The notes under the pieces are model-generated. The model was not told the DNA's origin, searched no databases, and saw nothing but the letters and a program-made list of their open reading frames with translations. A stretch of DNA of 64,000 nt from an uncultured Bacteroidales bacterium. Its GTDB lineage: Bacteria > Bacteroidota > Bacteroidia > Bacteroidales > UBA1715. The stretch is taken from positions 33,763 through 97,762 of the forward strand of contig CAYFVM010000001.1 of NCBI GenBank assembly GCA_964346725.1, given 5' to 3'. Of this stretch, positions 19,663 through 29,846 are shown piece after piece (the first letter of the stretch is position 1; each line of letters starts with the position of its first letter). The position numbers and the translations under genes are program-made.

Positions 19663-21492
19663 TTATTGTTCCAATTCCCTAAAGCGTTTTCGTGCTGTTG
19701 GTGCATAAAAACTATTAGAATAGTTGAGTACAAGTTTTTTATATTGTTCTTTCGCTTTCTCAAAGTTACCTATTTTATTGTAATATTCAGCTAAAGAAAA
19801 TATAGCTTTATCAGCATAAATTTCATACGAGAACCTATCTGCTATTTCTAGAAGGTATTGAACCATTCCCGTAGTGTCGTTTGTGGATTTTGCAATAGTT
19901 GCTTTGCGCATGAGAATGTCATCGTCAAGAGAATGTCCTGGGAATAATTTCGGTATAGAATCGTAGGTGGCAAGCGCTTGTGTGTTTTTGTTTTGAGAAA
20001 GAAGCAAATCGGCACGGGCAAATATCTCAAGCGCAGCTGTAGAGGTGTCAAGCGCAGTATTGTCTGATATTAGTTGAGAAAGTTCAAACGCATCGTTAGC
20101 TATAAGTTTGCTCGTACTTCCTTTCAACACATCAAGGAGAGCTTGTGAATAAGCAAAATTTCCATTGTAGTAAGCTATTTTTGCTTGTTGCAGTTGTGCC
20201 GTATGTCCAACGTCATTGTTCTTGTAGTTTAGCGCAATTGAAGCATAAAGCATGTTCGCACTCCATATGTCGTTTGTGAAAAGATATACGTCAGCAAGTT
20301 CCATTTCCAAACTACCTTTGTAATATTGATAGTTTGGCGATTGTATTGCATTTTGAAGCATGGTTATGGCAGAATCTCCTTTGTCAAGATAGAATGCACG
20401 AATGTGAGCTAGATTCTTGAGAATCTCGCCCGATGAATTTGATTCTCCCAATTCGTCTAGCGCTTTTTGATATTCGGTTTCTAGTGCTATAACTTGATTC
20501 TTATCAATATTTGTGTATGTTTTAAATAATTGGTTGTACGATGTCTCTAAGAGGTTTCTCAGTGCTTCATCATAATAATCACCCATAGGACCTTTTTGTA
20601 CAACATATGAGAAACAATTTGTAGCCTGTTTATACTCATTATTTGAAAGGGCTATTTCCCCCAACTCAAGAAGTTTTTCGCCATCTTCATCGTTTTCAAT
20701 ATCTATCTCTTTACTGATGGCAAATGCTTTTTCAAAGTTTTTGTCTTGAATCATCAGCCAAAGGTATAATTCTTTGAAAACCAATGTTTTTCCTTCTTTT
20801 TCGGTTAGAGAATAGAGGGTAGAAGAGAGAGTTTCTTGTAACTGTGTTGATTTTCTTTCGTATATGGTGTATTGCAGTTGACTTTCTACAAACGCAAGTT
20901 CTTCATTATTGTGGCGCAACAAGGTGATGTATGTGTCAATCAGTTTTTTGTTTTCGCCACGTTGTAGGTACACTTCGCTCAATTGCTTTGCAATGGTAGT
21001 GTTGTCGGGAAATTTTGATTGTCCGTTCTCGTAAATAATCTGAGCTACGCTATCCACTTTGTTGTCTAGGCACGCTTGACCGGCTTCGAGGCAATACTCG
21101 AGTTCTTTGGAAGCTTTTTTGATTGTCTTTTCAAAAATGTCATTGGCATCATCGTTTTTTTGCATGCGTACATATATGGTTGCCAACTTTATTTGATAGT
21201 AAAATGATTTAGGATAACGTCGAATTTGTTCCTTGGTAACGTCTACGGCTTTTTGATTTTCGCCAACCTCCAAATAACACCGTATAAGGTAATCAAAGTG
21301 AGTCTGGGAATGGGTTTGGCCGTAAAGGTTTTGATAAATTTCTGCAGCTTTGGCATATTCGCCTTGCGAAAAATAGAGGAGAGCCAATTGGTTATCGTTC
21401 GCTTTCTCTTGCGAAAGAGCGCAGAAAGCGATAAGACTAAAAACTATGGCTGTAAGAACTTTTTTCACAATGCAATATAAAAAAAAACGCAT
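19663..21492 (-). CDS. Secreted tetratricopeptide-repeat (TPR) protein
   Basis: 609 aa with an N-terminal hydrophobic signal. It has repeated A/Y/L-rich 34-aa TPR-like units (e.g. ALLYFSQGEYAKAAEIYQNL, LAEYYNKIGNFEKAKEQYKKL). The exact start is uncertain: ATG 21492 or an internal GTG before KKVLTAIVF. Confidence 0.7.
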   Translation of the reverse strand: MRFFLYCIVKKVLTAIVFSLIAFCALSQEKANDNQLALLYFSQGEYAKAAEIYQNLYGQTHSQTHFDYLIRCYLEVGENQKAVDVTKEQIRRYPKSFYYQIKLATIYVRMQKNDDANDIFEKTIKKASKELEYCLEAGQACLDNKVDSVAQIIYENGQSKFPDNTTIAKQLSEVYLQRGENKKLIDTYITLLRHNNEELAFVESQLQYTIYERKSTQLQETLSSTLYSLTEKEGKTLVFKELYLWLMIQDKNFEKAFAISKEIDIENDEDGEKLLELGEIALSNNEYKQATNCFSYVVQKGPMGDYYDEALRNLLETSYNQLFKTYTNIDKNQVIALETEYQKALDELGESNSSGEILKNLAHIRAFYLDKGDSAITMLQNAIQSPNYQYYKGSLEMELADVYLFTNDIWSANMLYASIALNYKNNDVGHTAQLQQAKIAYYNGNFAYSQALLDVLKGSTSKLIANDAFELSQLISDNTALDTSTAALEIFARADLLLSQNKNTQALATYDSIPKLFPGHSLDDDILMRKATIAKSTNDTTGMVQYLLEIADRFSYEIYADKAIFSLAEYYNKIGNFEKAKEQYKKLVLNYSNSFYAPTARKRFRELEQ

Positions 21493-21553
21493 CTATATAT
21501 AGACACGTTTTTGCAAATTTTATATGTTCAGTAGAAACTGAAAAATCTATAGC

Positions 21554-21712
21554 TTATTTTCTATGACGAAATTCATCAGAAACTGTTAGTTTTTTTCTAC
21601 CCTTTGCTCTACGTGCAGCCAACACTTTTCTTCCATTAGCAGTAGCCATTCTTTCTCTAAAACCATGTTTATTTCTTCTTTTTCTAACTGAAGGCTGAAA
21701 TGTACGTTTCAT
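21554..21712 (-). CDS. rpmH: 50S ribosomal protein L34
   Basis: Below the 60-aa ORF-track cut-off. My translation is [53 protein letters not shown] -7 box (minus-strand TACTTTTG) lies at 21768-21775. Confidence 0.95.
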   Translation of the reverse strand: MKRTFQPSVRKRRNKHGFRERMATANGRKVLAARRAKGRKKLTVSDEFRHRK

Positions 21713-21802
21713 CTTATTTCTTATTTAAATAGTTCTACTTTGTTCTAAATCCCCGTAAATCGGTTTGCAAAAGTACACGATTTATTTTAATTACAAAACT
21801 TT

Positions 21803-22435
21803 TTAGGGTTCAATTGGTAAATAAATTATTTTTTTTGTTTCAAAAAATGGCTCGGTAAAAAATGCGCTAATGGGATAGATTTTATATTTTTTAAAACCTT
21901 CCATTTCCTCGTAAAAATCGCCCCCTTTTATATAAATAATACCATTACATAGTGAGTTGTTCATAATGGAACTTACATTTTTCTTAACTAATTTATAAAA
22001 GTCAGGAAATGCTGTTACAGCGCGACTTACAATGTAATCGTATTTGTCGTGTAAATTTTCTACTCGCATTTGTTGCGCAGTCGCATTGGTGAGTCCCAAT
22101 TCGTTTATGATGTTGCTCGCAACGGTAATTTTTTTTGCTATGCCATCTATAAGGGTAAATTGCACTTTGGGAAACAAAATGGCAAGCGGAATGCCTGGCA
22201 ATCCACCTCCTGTGCCGACATCCAGGATTCTACTACCTTGTTTGAATTCGAAAAATTTAGCAATAGCCATAGAGTGTAGCACATGGTGTTCGAAAATATT
22301 TTCAATGTCCTTCCGTGAGATAACATTGATTTTATCATTCCAATATATGTACAGCTCACAAAGTTGCTCTATTTGCTCGTATTGCTGCTTTGTGAGGTCC
22401 GGGAAATATTCGTATAAAACTTTGTGTGTTACCAT
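21803..22435 (-). CDS. rsmG: 16S rRNA (guanine527-N7)-methyltransferase
   Basis: 210 aa, SAM motif LDVGTGGGLPGIPLAI, GidB-like N-terminus. It overlaps the upstream GT2 stop by 7 nt. Confidence 0.9.
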   Translation of the reverse strand: MVTHKVLYEYFPDLTKQQYEQIEQLCELYIYWNDKINVISRKDIENIFEHHVLHSMAIAKFFEFKQGSRILDVGTGGGLPGIPLAILFPKVQFTLIDGIAKKITVASNIINELGLTNATAQQMRVENLHDKYDYIVSRAVTAFPDFYKLVKKNVSSIMNNSLCNGIIYIKGGDFYEEMEGFKKYKIYPISAFFTEPFFETKKIIYLPIEP

Positions 22436-23565
22436 CGATTTTGAAAAGGGTGAATTCTATTTTGAATTTGCAAGAGTCCTATTTGAATTGGCATATAAAT
22501 GTCGAATAATAATGCAAATTCCCACAAACCACTTTCTTTGAAACGTCGTATGTTTAGAATCGTAATCAAGAAGAATAGAAACATTCTGCAACTGAACAAA
22601 ACAATAATTGGAATCATGAGAGGTTCAGGTAGAAAAATACAATAGAGTATAGCGCTGAGATAGAATATTTCTCTTGAAAGAGGCTCTAATCCAAGCAAAA
22701 ATTTATGTGTGAATTTGTATTTTGGCGAGGTTGTTAAGTGACGACGTTTCTGGTATTTCCATTTTAGAAACGATGAAACTTGTTTTGAACGGGTAAAACT
22801 TTGGGAATCAAGGGTAACTGTCGTGTTTTCACGGTTCCCAACTTCTGAGACAAATAAATCGTCATCCCCCGATTTTATATAATAGTGTTTCGAAAATTTA
22901 CTACTCTTGTTGTATATGTTTTTTGAGTATGCCATATTACGTCCAACACCCATATATGGGAATCCGGCATGTGCAAATGACATATAATTTATAGCTACAG
23001 AAACCGTATCGTAGCGAATTAATTTATCAAGAAACCCTTTCTCCGGCATATAGCCTCCATAGCCTAACACAATTTCTGTTTTGTTTTGAAATTGTTGTTG
23101 CATTGTATAAATCCAACAATCGGATTCTGGGTAGCAATCAGCATCAATAAAGAGCATTTTATCATAATGTGCCGCTTTGATACCTATGGTGATTGCTAAT
23201 TTTTTTCCATGAGAAAATCGTTCGTCTTTTTTGATTGTCGTAACGTGGAGGTGTGGGTATTTTATAAGTAAATCGTTAAGGATAAATTCACTATTGTCTT
23301 CCGAACAATCATTTACTACTATTACTTCGTATGTTGGGTATTTCTGTTTTAATATGCGAGGAAGGAATTTTTGGAGATTTTCTTCTTCGTCTTTTGCACA
23401 AATAATTATAGAAACTGGTTCTTCAGGAATATGAGGAACTGGTTTCCGCTTAATTATACATATTCTTAAATAGAAAAATAAGTAATATATAATTTGAATA
23501 CTTGCTGCAACTATAAAAATAATGCAGAAGCAAAGTGTAATAGAAGAATACGATATCTCAATCAT
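22429..23565 (-). CDS. Integral-membrane GT2 glycosyltransferase with processive-synthase-like motifs
   Basis: 378 aa with one N-terminal TM and about 3 C-terminal TMs. Motifs: VSIIICAKDE, VVNDCSEDNS, FIDADCY (DxD), SGDDDLF (ED-type) and YQKRRH (compare Q-x-x-R-W). Confidence 0.7.
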   Translation of the reverse strand: MIEISYSSITLCFCIIFIVAASIQIIYYLFFYLRICIIKRKPVPHIPEEPVSIIICAKDEEENLQKFLPRILKQKYPTYEVIVVNDCSEDNSEFILNDLLIKYPHLHVTTIKKDERFSHGKKLAITIGIKAAHYDKMLFIDADCYPESDCWIYTMQQQFQNKTEIVLGYGGYMPEKGFLDKLIRYDTVSVAINYMSFAHAGFPYMGVGRNMAYSKNIYNKSSKFSKHYYIKSGDDDLFVSEVGNRENTTVTLDSQSFTRSKQVSSFLKWKYQKRRHLTTSPKYKFTHKFLLGLEPLSREIFYLSAILYCIFLPEPLMIPIIVLFSCRMFLFFLITILNIRRFKESGLWEFALLFDIYMPIQIGLLQIQNRIHPFQNRW

Positions 23566-23641
23566 AGTCTATAGTCATATTTGTGCAAAAATAGTGCTTT
23601 GCATTTTCCCTATGCTCGTTTGAAAAAGAACTTATGAACAT

Positions 23642-25138
23642 TTAATGAGTTGGTGCAATTTGGATTTTTTCGATAAAGAAAATTTCGCGTTTTTCGCGTT
23701 CTTCTTTGTCTTTGATTTTTTGTCTTCCGTACGAGATAAAAGTGTCTTTGTACCACGAACTTGTTCTGCTTATTGAGTTTATAAGTTTCTCATTTTCTTC
23801 GGTAAACAATATGGTATTATTAGAAACTTCTTCGCCAGATTTATAGTTGTGCAGAATAATGCTATTCCAAGTAGAGTATATTAATTGTACGTAAGGATTG
23901 TTTTGGTTGATAGAAAGATAATGAACTACATGAAATGGCTTTTCGATAATTCCTAGAGGTGCTGAATTGCTCCACAATGTTTGTCCTTGATTATCAAATC
24001 CAAGCATAAAATAATGAGTGTATTGGTATCCATCAAATACTTGGTAGCAACGCATTGTTTGTACTCCGTTTGCGCCAGTGTAATATTCGCATCTTTGCTC
24101 GTAGGTAGGGTAAAATGCTTCGCCCACCAACACATATTCTCCGTTTTGCTCTATAATATTGTGTGGTGTCATTAAGTAGTTTATTTCATATTCTTTGTTT
24201 TTCGCTGCTTTTTTCTCAGCTTTTTTTTCTATTTTTTCTTGTTTACGTTCTGATAGGTATGAAGTAAAGTTCTTGATATCGAGGTAGTTAATGTATTTAA
24301 GGAATTTTGTTCCTCCATTTATTCCTTTATTCATTATAAATATACCGGTAGAAGTTACGCTTCGTTTGTTAGAACTATTACCATAGGTGCCAGAAATAAG
24401 ATACGAACCATCTTTAAGTTGCGATGCAAATGCTGAAACAATGTATTTATCTTCATCTGTAGATTTAAGAACCATTTCGTTACTTTTCTTTCCATCCTTG
24501 AATATGTGGAACTTTACAAGTTTTTCGTCTTTTACCACATCTTTTGTGAATAGATACACTTCTTGCGTGTCTTCGTTTATTTCGAATGAAATAATCTCAA
24601 AATTGCGTTTGTTCAATGGAATGATTTTTCCAAATGAAGTTTCGCCAGTTTTTATGTTTTGAGATAGCAACATTGGCAAATCTTTGGTAAACCCCAACAT
24701 ATACACATAGTCACCTACCGCACGTAGATAGGAAATAACGGTGTTTTTGGGCATTTTACCTTGTATTGTTTTTGTGCGCATATCTTTCGCAGAAAGTACC
24801 GAAATCGTGTATTCTCCCGATTTTTTATACATCATGTCGTATTGCATAGTTTCGTTTGTGAAAACTACGTATTCCATGTGTTTTGCTGGGAGCGACACAT
24901 CTATCGACGCCACTTTTTGTAATGTAGTATCATATTTTTCATAGGTTATGACCTTGACTTTTTTGCTTTCTTGCTTGTTGTCGTCTTCTGTTTTTATAAG
25001 TAAGCCTTCTTGCTCAAAAGTAATGCAGCTATATTTATTAATATCTTTTTCAGGAAACTCTATGCGTTTAGTCTGAATCGGTTGTGCAAAAAGACTAACC
25101 GAGCAAAAAAGAGCGAGAATTGTAAGAGGTCTAACCAT
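23642..25138 (-). CDS. Secreted protein of unknown function
   Basis: 498 aa, signal peptide MVRPLTILALFCSVSLFAQP, beta-rich, with an internal Lys/Glu-rich linker (ERKQEKIEKKAEKKAAKNKE). I recognise no motif. Confidence 0.6.
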   Translation of the reverse strand: MVRPLTILALFCSVSLFAQPIQTKRIEFPEKDINKYSCITFEQEGLLIKTEDDNKQESKKVKVITYEKYDTTLQKVASIDVSLPAKHMEYVVFTNETMQYDMMYKKSGEYTISVLSAKDMRTKTIQGKMPKNTVISYLRAVGDYVYMLGFTKDLPMLLSQNIKTGETSFGKIIPLNKRNFEIISFEINEDTQEVYLFTKDVVKDEKLVKFHIFKDGKKSNEMVLKSTDEDKYIVSAFASQLKDGSYLISGTYGNSSNKRSVTSTGIFIMNKGINGGTKFLKYINYLDIKNFTSYLSERKQEKIEKKAEKKAAKNKEYEINYLMTPHNIIEQNGEYVLVGEAFYPTYEQRCEYYTGANGVQTMRCYQVFDGYQYTHYFMLGFDNQGQTLWSNSAPLGIIEKPFHVVHYLSINQNNPYVQLIYSTWNSIILHNYKSGEEVSNNTILFTEENEKLINSISRTSSWYKDTFISYGRQKIKDKEEREKREIFFIEKIQIAPTH

Positions 25139-25150
25139 GATCAGTAATTT

Positions 25151-25714
25151 TTATTTGTTTGACAAATCAATATTAAAAGCGTAAGGTACGGTAATTAAAT
25201 TCTTTCCGATTTTGATAGCCGGTTTTACTTTGAGTGTTGAATTTTTAGGTAATCTATTTGTGCGACTAATTTCAAAAATCATGTTTTTGATTTCGGTGAG
25301 TGAAAATTGCTTCAATATGTTGGTATTGGTTTCAACCTCAATAGGAACGGAGATACTTTGGTTTGCTTCTATCTCAATTTTTTCGTCAAGAACACCATTT
25401 GCAACTTCCGTATTTTGTATCAAAAGAGTCCATTCCAATGTGTTGAGTTCGGCTTTCTGCTTGTTCGGATTGTTAATTTGAATATTTGAAACAAATGAAA
25501 TTGGCATGTCGCTCATAAGTCCTTGCGAAATCAAAGCAACTTCTTGACTAGAAAAATCTCGTAAACTTCGTTTCCCATCAAAAGAAATATCGTTTACCAT
25601 TAAATCAGAAATGGATTCAAAGGCAAATGTACAATTTTGAATATTTTTTGCTTGGTTGAATGAACATGCACTCAACACAAGACAAGACGCTAGTATGTAG
25701 AAAATCTTTCTCAT
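25151..25714 (-). CDS. Lipoprotein of unknown function (possibly LEA-2/NDR1-like beta-sandwich)
   Basis: 187 aa with lipobox LVLSAC. The start codon abuts the alaS stop. The fold assignment is tentative, from the pattern TLEWTLLIQNTEVANG...IEIEANQSISVPIEV. Confidence 0.5.
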   Translation of the reverse strand: MRKIFYILASCLVLSACSFNQAKNIQNCTFAFESISDLMVNDISFDGKRSLRDFSSQEVALISQGLMSDMPISFVSNIQINNPNKQKAELNTLEWTLLIQNTEVANGVLDEKIEIEANQSISVPIEVETNTNILKQFSLTEIKNMIFEISRTNRLPKNSTLKVKPAIKIGKNLITVPYAFNIDLSNK

Positions 25715-28339
25715 TTACAGCTCAGCCACACGGTTTTTAACTAATTGCAATGCTGCCGAAATTCCTTGTGGATTTTTACCACCGGCAGTTGCAAAGAATG
25801 GTTGACCACCACCGCCACCGGCAATTTCTTTTGCCATGAGTTTGATGAAGTCTTGTGCGGTAATCTTGTAGTCATCTATTACATCTTGAGAAAGTGCTAC
25901 GCAAATGTTTGCTTTTCCGTCAATGTTTGCGCCCAAGGCTATGACAAATGAAGGAAGGCTATTTTTCAAATCAAAAGCAATGTCTTTCAAAGCATTTGCG
26001 TTTGAAACTGAAACTTCTTTCGCTACAACTGCAATATTGTTTTTGCTTTCTACTGATTTTAACAATTCGTTGGCAATTTGTTTCGTTTGTTGTTTTTCAA
26101 ATGCATCAATTTGTTTGTGAAGCGCCGCATTTTCATTTGTGACTAGCTCTATTTGTTTAACCAAGTTAGTTGGGTTTTTCAATATCTCTTTGATTGACGA
26201 AATGGTGTCAATTTGTGCAAAAATGTATTTTTCTGCATTGTCAGAAGTTACTGCTTCTATACGACGAATACCGGCTGCAATAGCACCTTCAGATATGATT
26301 TTGAAAAAACCGATTTTTCCGGTTGATGCAATGTGCGTTCCACCGCAAAGTTCCATTGAATTGCCAAATTGAATGACACGTACTTTGTCTCCGTATTTTT
26401 CGCCAAACAATGCACGAGCACCCATTGCTTTTGCTTGTTCAATTGGTGTTTCGCGATATTCTTGAAGTGCCATATCTTTGCGAATAGCTTGATTTACAAG
26501 TTGTTCCACCTGACGGATTTCTTCTGCTGTCATTTTTTGGAAATGAGAGAAGTCAAAACGAAGATGCTCAGGAGTTACCAAAGAACCTTTTTGTTCTATG
26601 TGGCTTCCAAGTACTTGTTGCAAAGCATATTGCAATAGGTGAGTAGCCGAGTGGTTACATTCTGTAAGTTCGCGTGATTTTGTGTCTACCACTGCATTGA
26701 ATTCTGTTTCAAGCACTTCCGGTAGATTTTCGCAAAGGTGAACAATCAATCCGTTTTCACGAACGGTATCAACAATTGACGTTTTCACGCCGTTTGCTTC
26801 AATATATCCTTTGTCACCAACTTGTCCACCCATTTCTGCGTAGAACGGAGTTTTGTCAAATACTAATTGGTAGAGTGATTTTCCTTTTGCGGTAACTTGA
26901 CGATATTTTACGATGGTAACCATGCATTCTTTGGTGTCGTAGCCCACAAACGCATTTCCTTGTTCGTTAGAAAGCACAACCCAGTCGCCGGTAGAAATGT
27001 TAGTAGCTTGACGAGCACGTTCTTTTTGTTTGTCAAGTTCTTTTTGGAATTCGTCAATGTCAACGGTAAGATTTTGTTCACGTGCAATCAACGTGGTAAG
27101 GTCAAGAGGAAATCCGTATGTGTCGTATAGCGTGAAAGCATCTACGCCAGAGATTGTTGTACTACCTGCTTGTTTTGTCTTTTCAATTTTTGAATTCAAC
27201 AAATTGATACCTGTTTCCAATGTTTTCAAGAAAGATTTTTCTTCCTCAAAAATTACGCGAGTAATCAATTTTTCTTGTGCTACAAGTTCGGGATATGCTT
27301 TGCCCATTGATTCTATAAGGCTTGGCAATATGCGATACATAAATGGTTCGCGAAGATTCAAGAATGTGTATCCGTAGCGAACGGCACGGCGTAGAATGCG
27401 TCGAATGACGTAGCCTGCCTTAATGTTTGATGGCAATTGGCCATCGGCTATAGCAAACGAAATAGTACGAATGTGGTCGGCAATAACGCGCATAGCCACA
27501 TCTTGTTTGGCATCTTTGCCGTATTGTGTGTCTGAAATTGCTCCAATTTCTTTAATGAGCGGTTGGAATACATCTGTGTCGTAGTTTGATTGTTTTCCTT
27601 GTACAACCATGGCAAGACGTTCAAAACCCATACCGGTGTCAATATGCTTTTTCGGAAGAAACTCCAATTCACTGTTTGCTTTACGATTATATTGCATAAA
27701 CACAAGATTCCAAATCTCAATAACTTGAGGATGGTCGTGGTTTACCAATTCGTGACCTGGAGTTTTTGTTTTTTCTTCGGCAGAACGAATATCTACGTGA
27801 ATTTCAGAGCAAGGACCGCAAGGACCAACTTCGCCCATTTCCCAGAAATTATCGTGTTTGTTGCCTCTCAAAATTCGTTCGGCCGGAAGATATTGTTTCC
27901 AAATATCGTATGCTTCTTGGTCAAATTCAGTTCCATCTGTTTTGTCGCCTTCAAAAACAGTTGCATACAAACATGATTTGTCTATTTTTAAAACATCAGT
28001 TAAATATTCCCAAGCCCAATCAATTGCTTCTTTTTTGAAATAGTCACCAAACGACCAGTTACCAAGCATTTCGAACATGGTGTGGTGGTATGTGTCGTGA
28101 CCTACTTCTTCCAAATCGTTGTGTTTTCCCGAAACGCGCAAACATTTTTGTGAATCGGCTATTCGAGTTTTTGTAATGGGCGAGATGCCAAGAAAAATAT
28201 CTTTGAATTGATTCATGCCCGCATTGGTAAACATCAATGTAGGGTCACCTTTTACCACCATTGGTGCAGAAGGTACAATAGTATGTTGTTTTGATGCAAA
28301 AAAATCGAGAAACGATTGTCGTAATTCTTGAGCGTTCAT
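25715..28339 (-). CDS. alaS: Alanine--tRNA ligase
   Basis: 874 aa. N-terminus [26 protein letters not shown]..., editing-domain HSATHLL, and C-terminal DHHA1 GGGG motif. Confidence 0.96.
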   Translation of the reverse strand: MNAQELRQSFLDFFASKQHTIVPSAPMVVKGDPTLMFTNAGMNQFKDIFLGISPITKTRIADSQKCLRVSGKHNDLEEVGHDTYHHTMFEMLGNWSFGDYFKKEAIDWAWEYLTDVLKIDKSCLYATVFEGDKTDGTEFDQEAYDIWKQYLPAERILRGNKHDNFWEMGEVGPCGPCSEIHVDIRSAEEKTKTPGHELVNHDHPQVIEIWNLVFMQYNRKANSELEFLPKKHIDTGMGFERLAMVVQGKQSNYDTDVFQPLIKEIGAISDTQYGKDAKQDVAMRVIADHIRTISFAIADGQLPSNIKAGYVIRRILRRAVRYGYTFLNLREPFMYRILPSLIESMGKAYPELVAQEKLITRVIFEEEKSFLKTLETGINLLNSKIEKTKQAGSTTISGVDAFTLYDTYGFPLDLTTLIAREQNLTVDIDEFQKELDKQKERARQATNISTGDWVVLSNEQGNAFVGYDTKECMVTIVKYRQVTAKGKSLYQLVFDKTPFYAEMGGQVGDKGYIEANGVKTSIVDTVRENGLIVHLCENLPEVLETEFNAVVDTKSRELTECNHSATHLLQYALQQVLGSHIEQKGSLVTPEHLRFDFSHFQKMTAEEIRQVEQLVNQAIRKDMALQEYRETPIEQAKAMGARALFGEKYGDKVRVIQFGNSMELCGGTHIASTGKIGFFKIISEGAIAAGIRRIEAVTSDNAEKYIFAQIDTISSIKEILKNPTNLVKQIELVTNENAALHKQIDAFEKQQTKQIANELLKSVESKNNIAVVAKEVSVSNANALKDIAFDLKNSLPSFVIALGANIDGKANICVALSQDVIDDYKITAQDFIKLMAKEIAGGGGGQPFFATAGGKNPQGISAALQLVKNRVAEL

Positions 28340-28532
28340 TGTTGTATAGTATATTATATGTAATAGAATGCAAAAGTATATTTTTTTTAGTTGACTTTCC
28401 CATTTATGCGTCTAATTTTTGCCACATATATTTGCTTATGCGAAACGGCCTTTTTCTGAAGAAAAAGAGAGTTGTAGCCATTTGGATATTTAGTTTGTTA
28501 GTTGGACGAATTGAGAAAATCATTTTTTTATT

Positions 28533-28540
28533 TATATTTG
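28533..28540 (+). promoter_or_regulatory. -7 promoter box (TATATTTG) for the M23 peptidase gene
   Basis: TAnnTTTG match 31 nt upstream of ATG 28571. Confidence 0.45.
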
Positions 28541-28570
28541 CCGTTTCTTTAGGAAAGTTAGAAAAGTTTA

Positions 28571-29530
28571 ATGGCAAAAAGCAAATATAGATTTAACCCA
28601 GAAACACTGTCGTATGAAAGGATTGAGCGTTCGCCCAAGAAAATTATCATAGGATTGTTGTCATACATGGTTTTGATTGTATTTGTGGGGTTTGGGTTCA
28701 TGTTTACGTGGTTATATTTTTTTCCGTCAGCTCGCGAAAAGCAGTTGATGGACGAAAACAAAATGCTTCGTAGTCGATATAAGACATTGAATGGACGTTT
28801 GGCAAACGTAGAAACCGTTCTAAATGATTTAGCCGACAAAGACAATAATATATATAGAATGGTATTTGAGTCGGAACCAATTCCTGACGCCGTGCGAAAC
28901 GGTGGTTTTGGTGGTGTAAATCGTTATGCCGAACTTGAAGCTATTCCTAATATGGATTTGGTGATTCAGGTAAATAAACGAATGGATATTCTAACTAAAA
29001 AATTGTATATCCAATCTCTTTCGTTTGATACAATTGTGAATTTGGCGAAGAATAAACAAGAAATGTTGCAACACATTCCAGGAATACAACCACTCAAGGT
29101 CTATAAATATGTATCGGGATTTGGAACGCGTATGCACCCTATCTATAAAACACTTCGTACGCATACCGGTATTGACTTGGTGGCACCTACCGGCACCAAA
29201 GTATTTGCAACCGGCGATGCAATTGTACAATCGGCAAACTTTGAGCGCGGTTACGGAAAGGCTATTGTACTTGATCACGGCTACAAATACAAATCTAGGT
29301 ACGCACACTTGTCTGAAATATTGGTACGTCCGGGACAACGTGTTAAAAGAGGGGAAGTAATAGGTTTAGTGGGAAATACAGGTGTTTCTACCGGATCTCA
29401 CTTACATTATGAGATTATAAAAAATGGCCAGAAGGTAAATCCAATCAATTACTTCTTAAACGACCTTTCTCCGAGTGAGTTTGAAGAAATACGCCAAATT
29501 TCTATTCGTCCAAATCAGTCGTTTGACTAA
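28571..29530 (+). CDS. M23 family metallopeptidase (membrane anchored)
   Basis: 319 aa, N-terminal TM, HTGIDLVAPTGTKVFA...GNTGVSTGSHLHYEI. Confidence 0.88.
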   Translation: MAKSKYRFNPETLSYERIERSPKKIIIGLLSYMVLIVFVGFGFMFTWLYFFPSAREKQLMDENKMLRSRYKTLNGRLANVETVLNDLADKDNNIYRMVFESEPIPDAVRNGGFGGVNRYAELEAIPNMDLVIQVNKRMDILTKKLYIQSLSFDTIVNLAKNKQEMLQHIPGIQPLKVYKYVSGFGTRMHPIYKTLRTHTGIDLVAPTGTKVFATGDAIVQSANFERGYGKAIVLDHGYKYKSRYAHLSEILVRPGQRVKRGEVIGLVGNTGVSTGSHLHYEIIKNGQKVNPINYFLNDLSPSEFEEIRQISIRPNQSFD

Positions 29531-29665
29531 TTACATGTAATAATGAGATTACGCAGTCTGCGTCGTGGCGAACGTAGAGAAACATCTGCGTGTTGTTCGT
29601 ATATTGTAGATAAAAATAGTTAATAAAAAATCTTAATTGTTTGTTGTAGAAAATATTCGTTTCCC

Positions 29666-29673
29666 TATATTTG
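29666..29673 (+). promoter_or_regulatory. -7 promoter box (TATATTTG) upstream of the carB leader
   Basis: TAnnTTTG match 174 nt upstream of the carB ATG. Confidence 0.45.
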
Positions 29674-29700
29674 CCCCAATAAAAAAATAAAGGAATGACA

Positions 29701-29787
29701 ATGAAACATTTTGACTCACCCAAGCATTACATGATGCTGGATCATCAAGAAAGGAGTCGTCTTTATTTTTTTAAAGAAATGCGTTAG
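29701..29787 (+). promoter_or_regulatory. Candidate 28-codon leader ORF in the carB 5' region
   Basis: ATG...TAG encodes MKHFDSPKHYMMLDHQERSRLYFFKEMR. The stop codon lies inside the 5' arm of the downstream terminator stem. Confidence 0.35.
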
Positions 29788-29812
29788 TCGTTTTTACTAA
29801 CGCATTTTTTTT
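29777..29812 (+). terminator. Intrinsic terminator/attenuator hairpin 35 nt before the carB start
   Basis: Perfect stem aaatgcgttag / ctaacgcattt with a 9-nt loop, followed by a T8 run. Confidence 0.8.
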
Positions 29813-29846
29813 GTATGCACAATTGTAAAACTAAAATAAAAAGAAA

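Noticed and set aside
28438-28590. A 50-codon ORF (MRNGLFLKKKRVVAIWIFSLLVGRIEK...) in the alaS / M23-peptidase divergent spacer, preceded by a TATATTTG box at 28427-28434.
   Set aside because: The ATG is only 4 nt after the -7 box, which places it upstream of the expected transcription start. The ORF also overlaps the M23 gene's own promoter box and start. Its composition is typical of AT-rich spacer translation.
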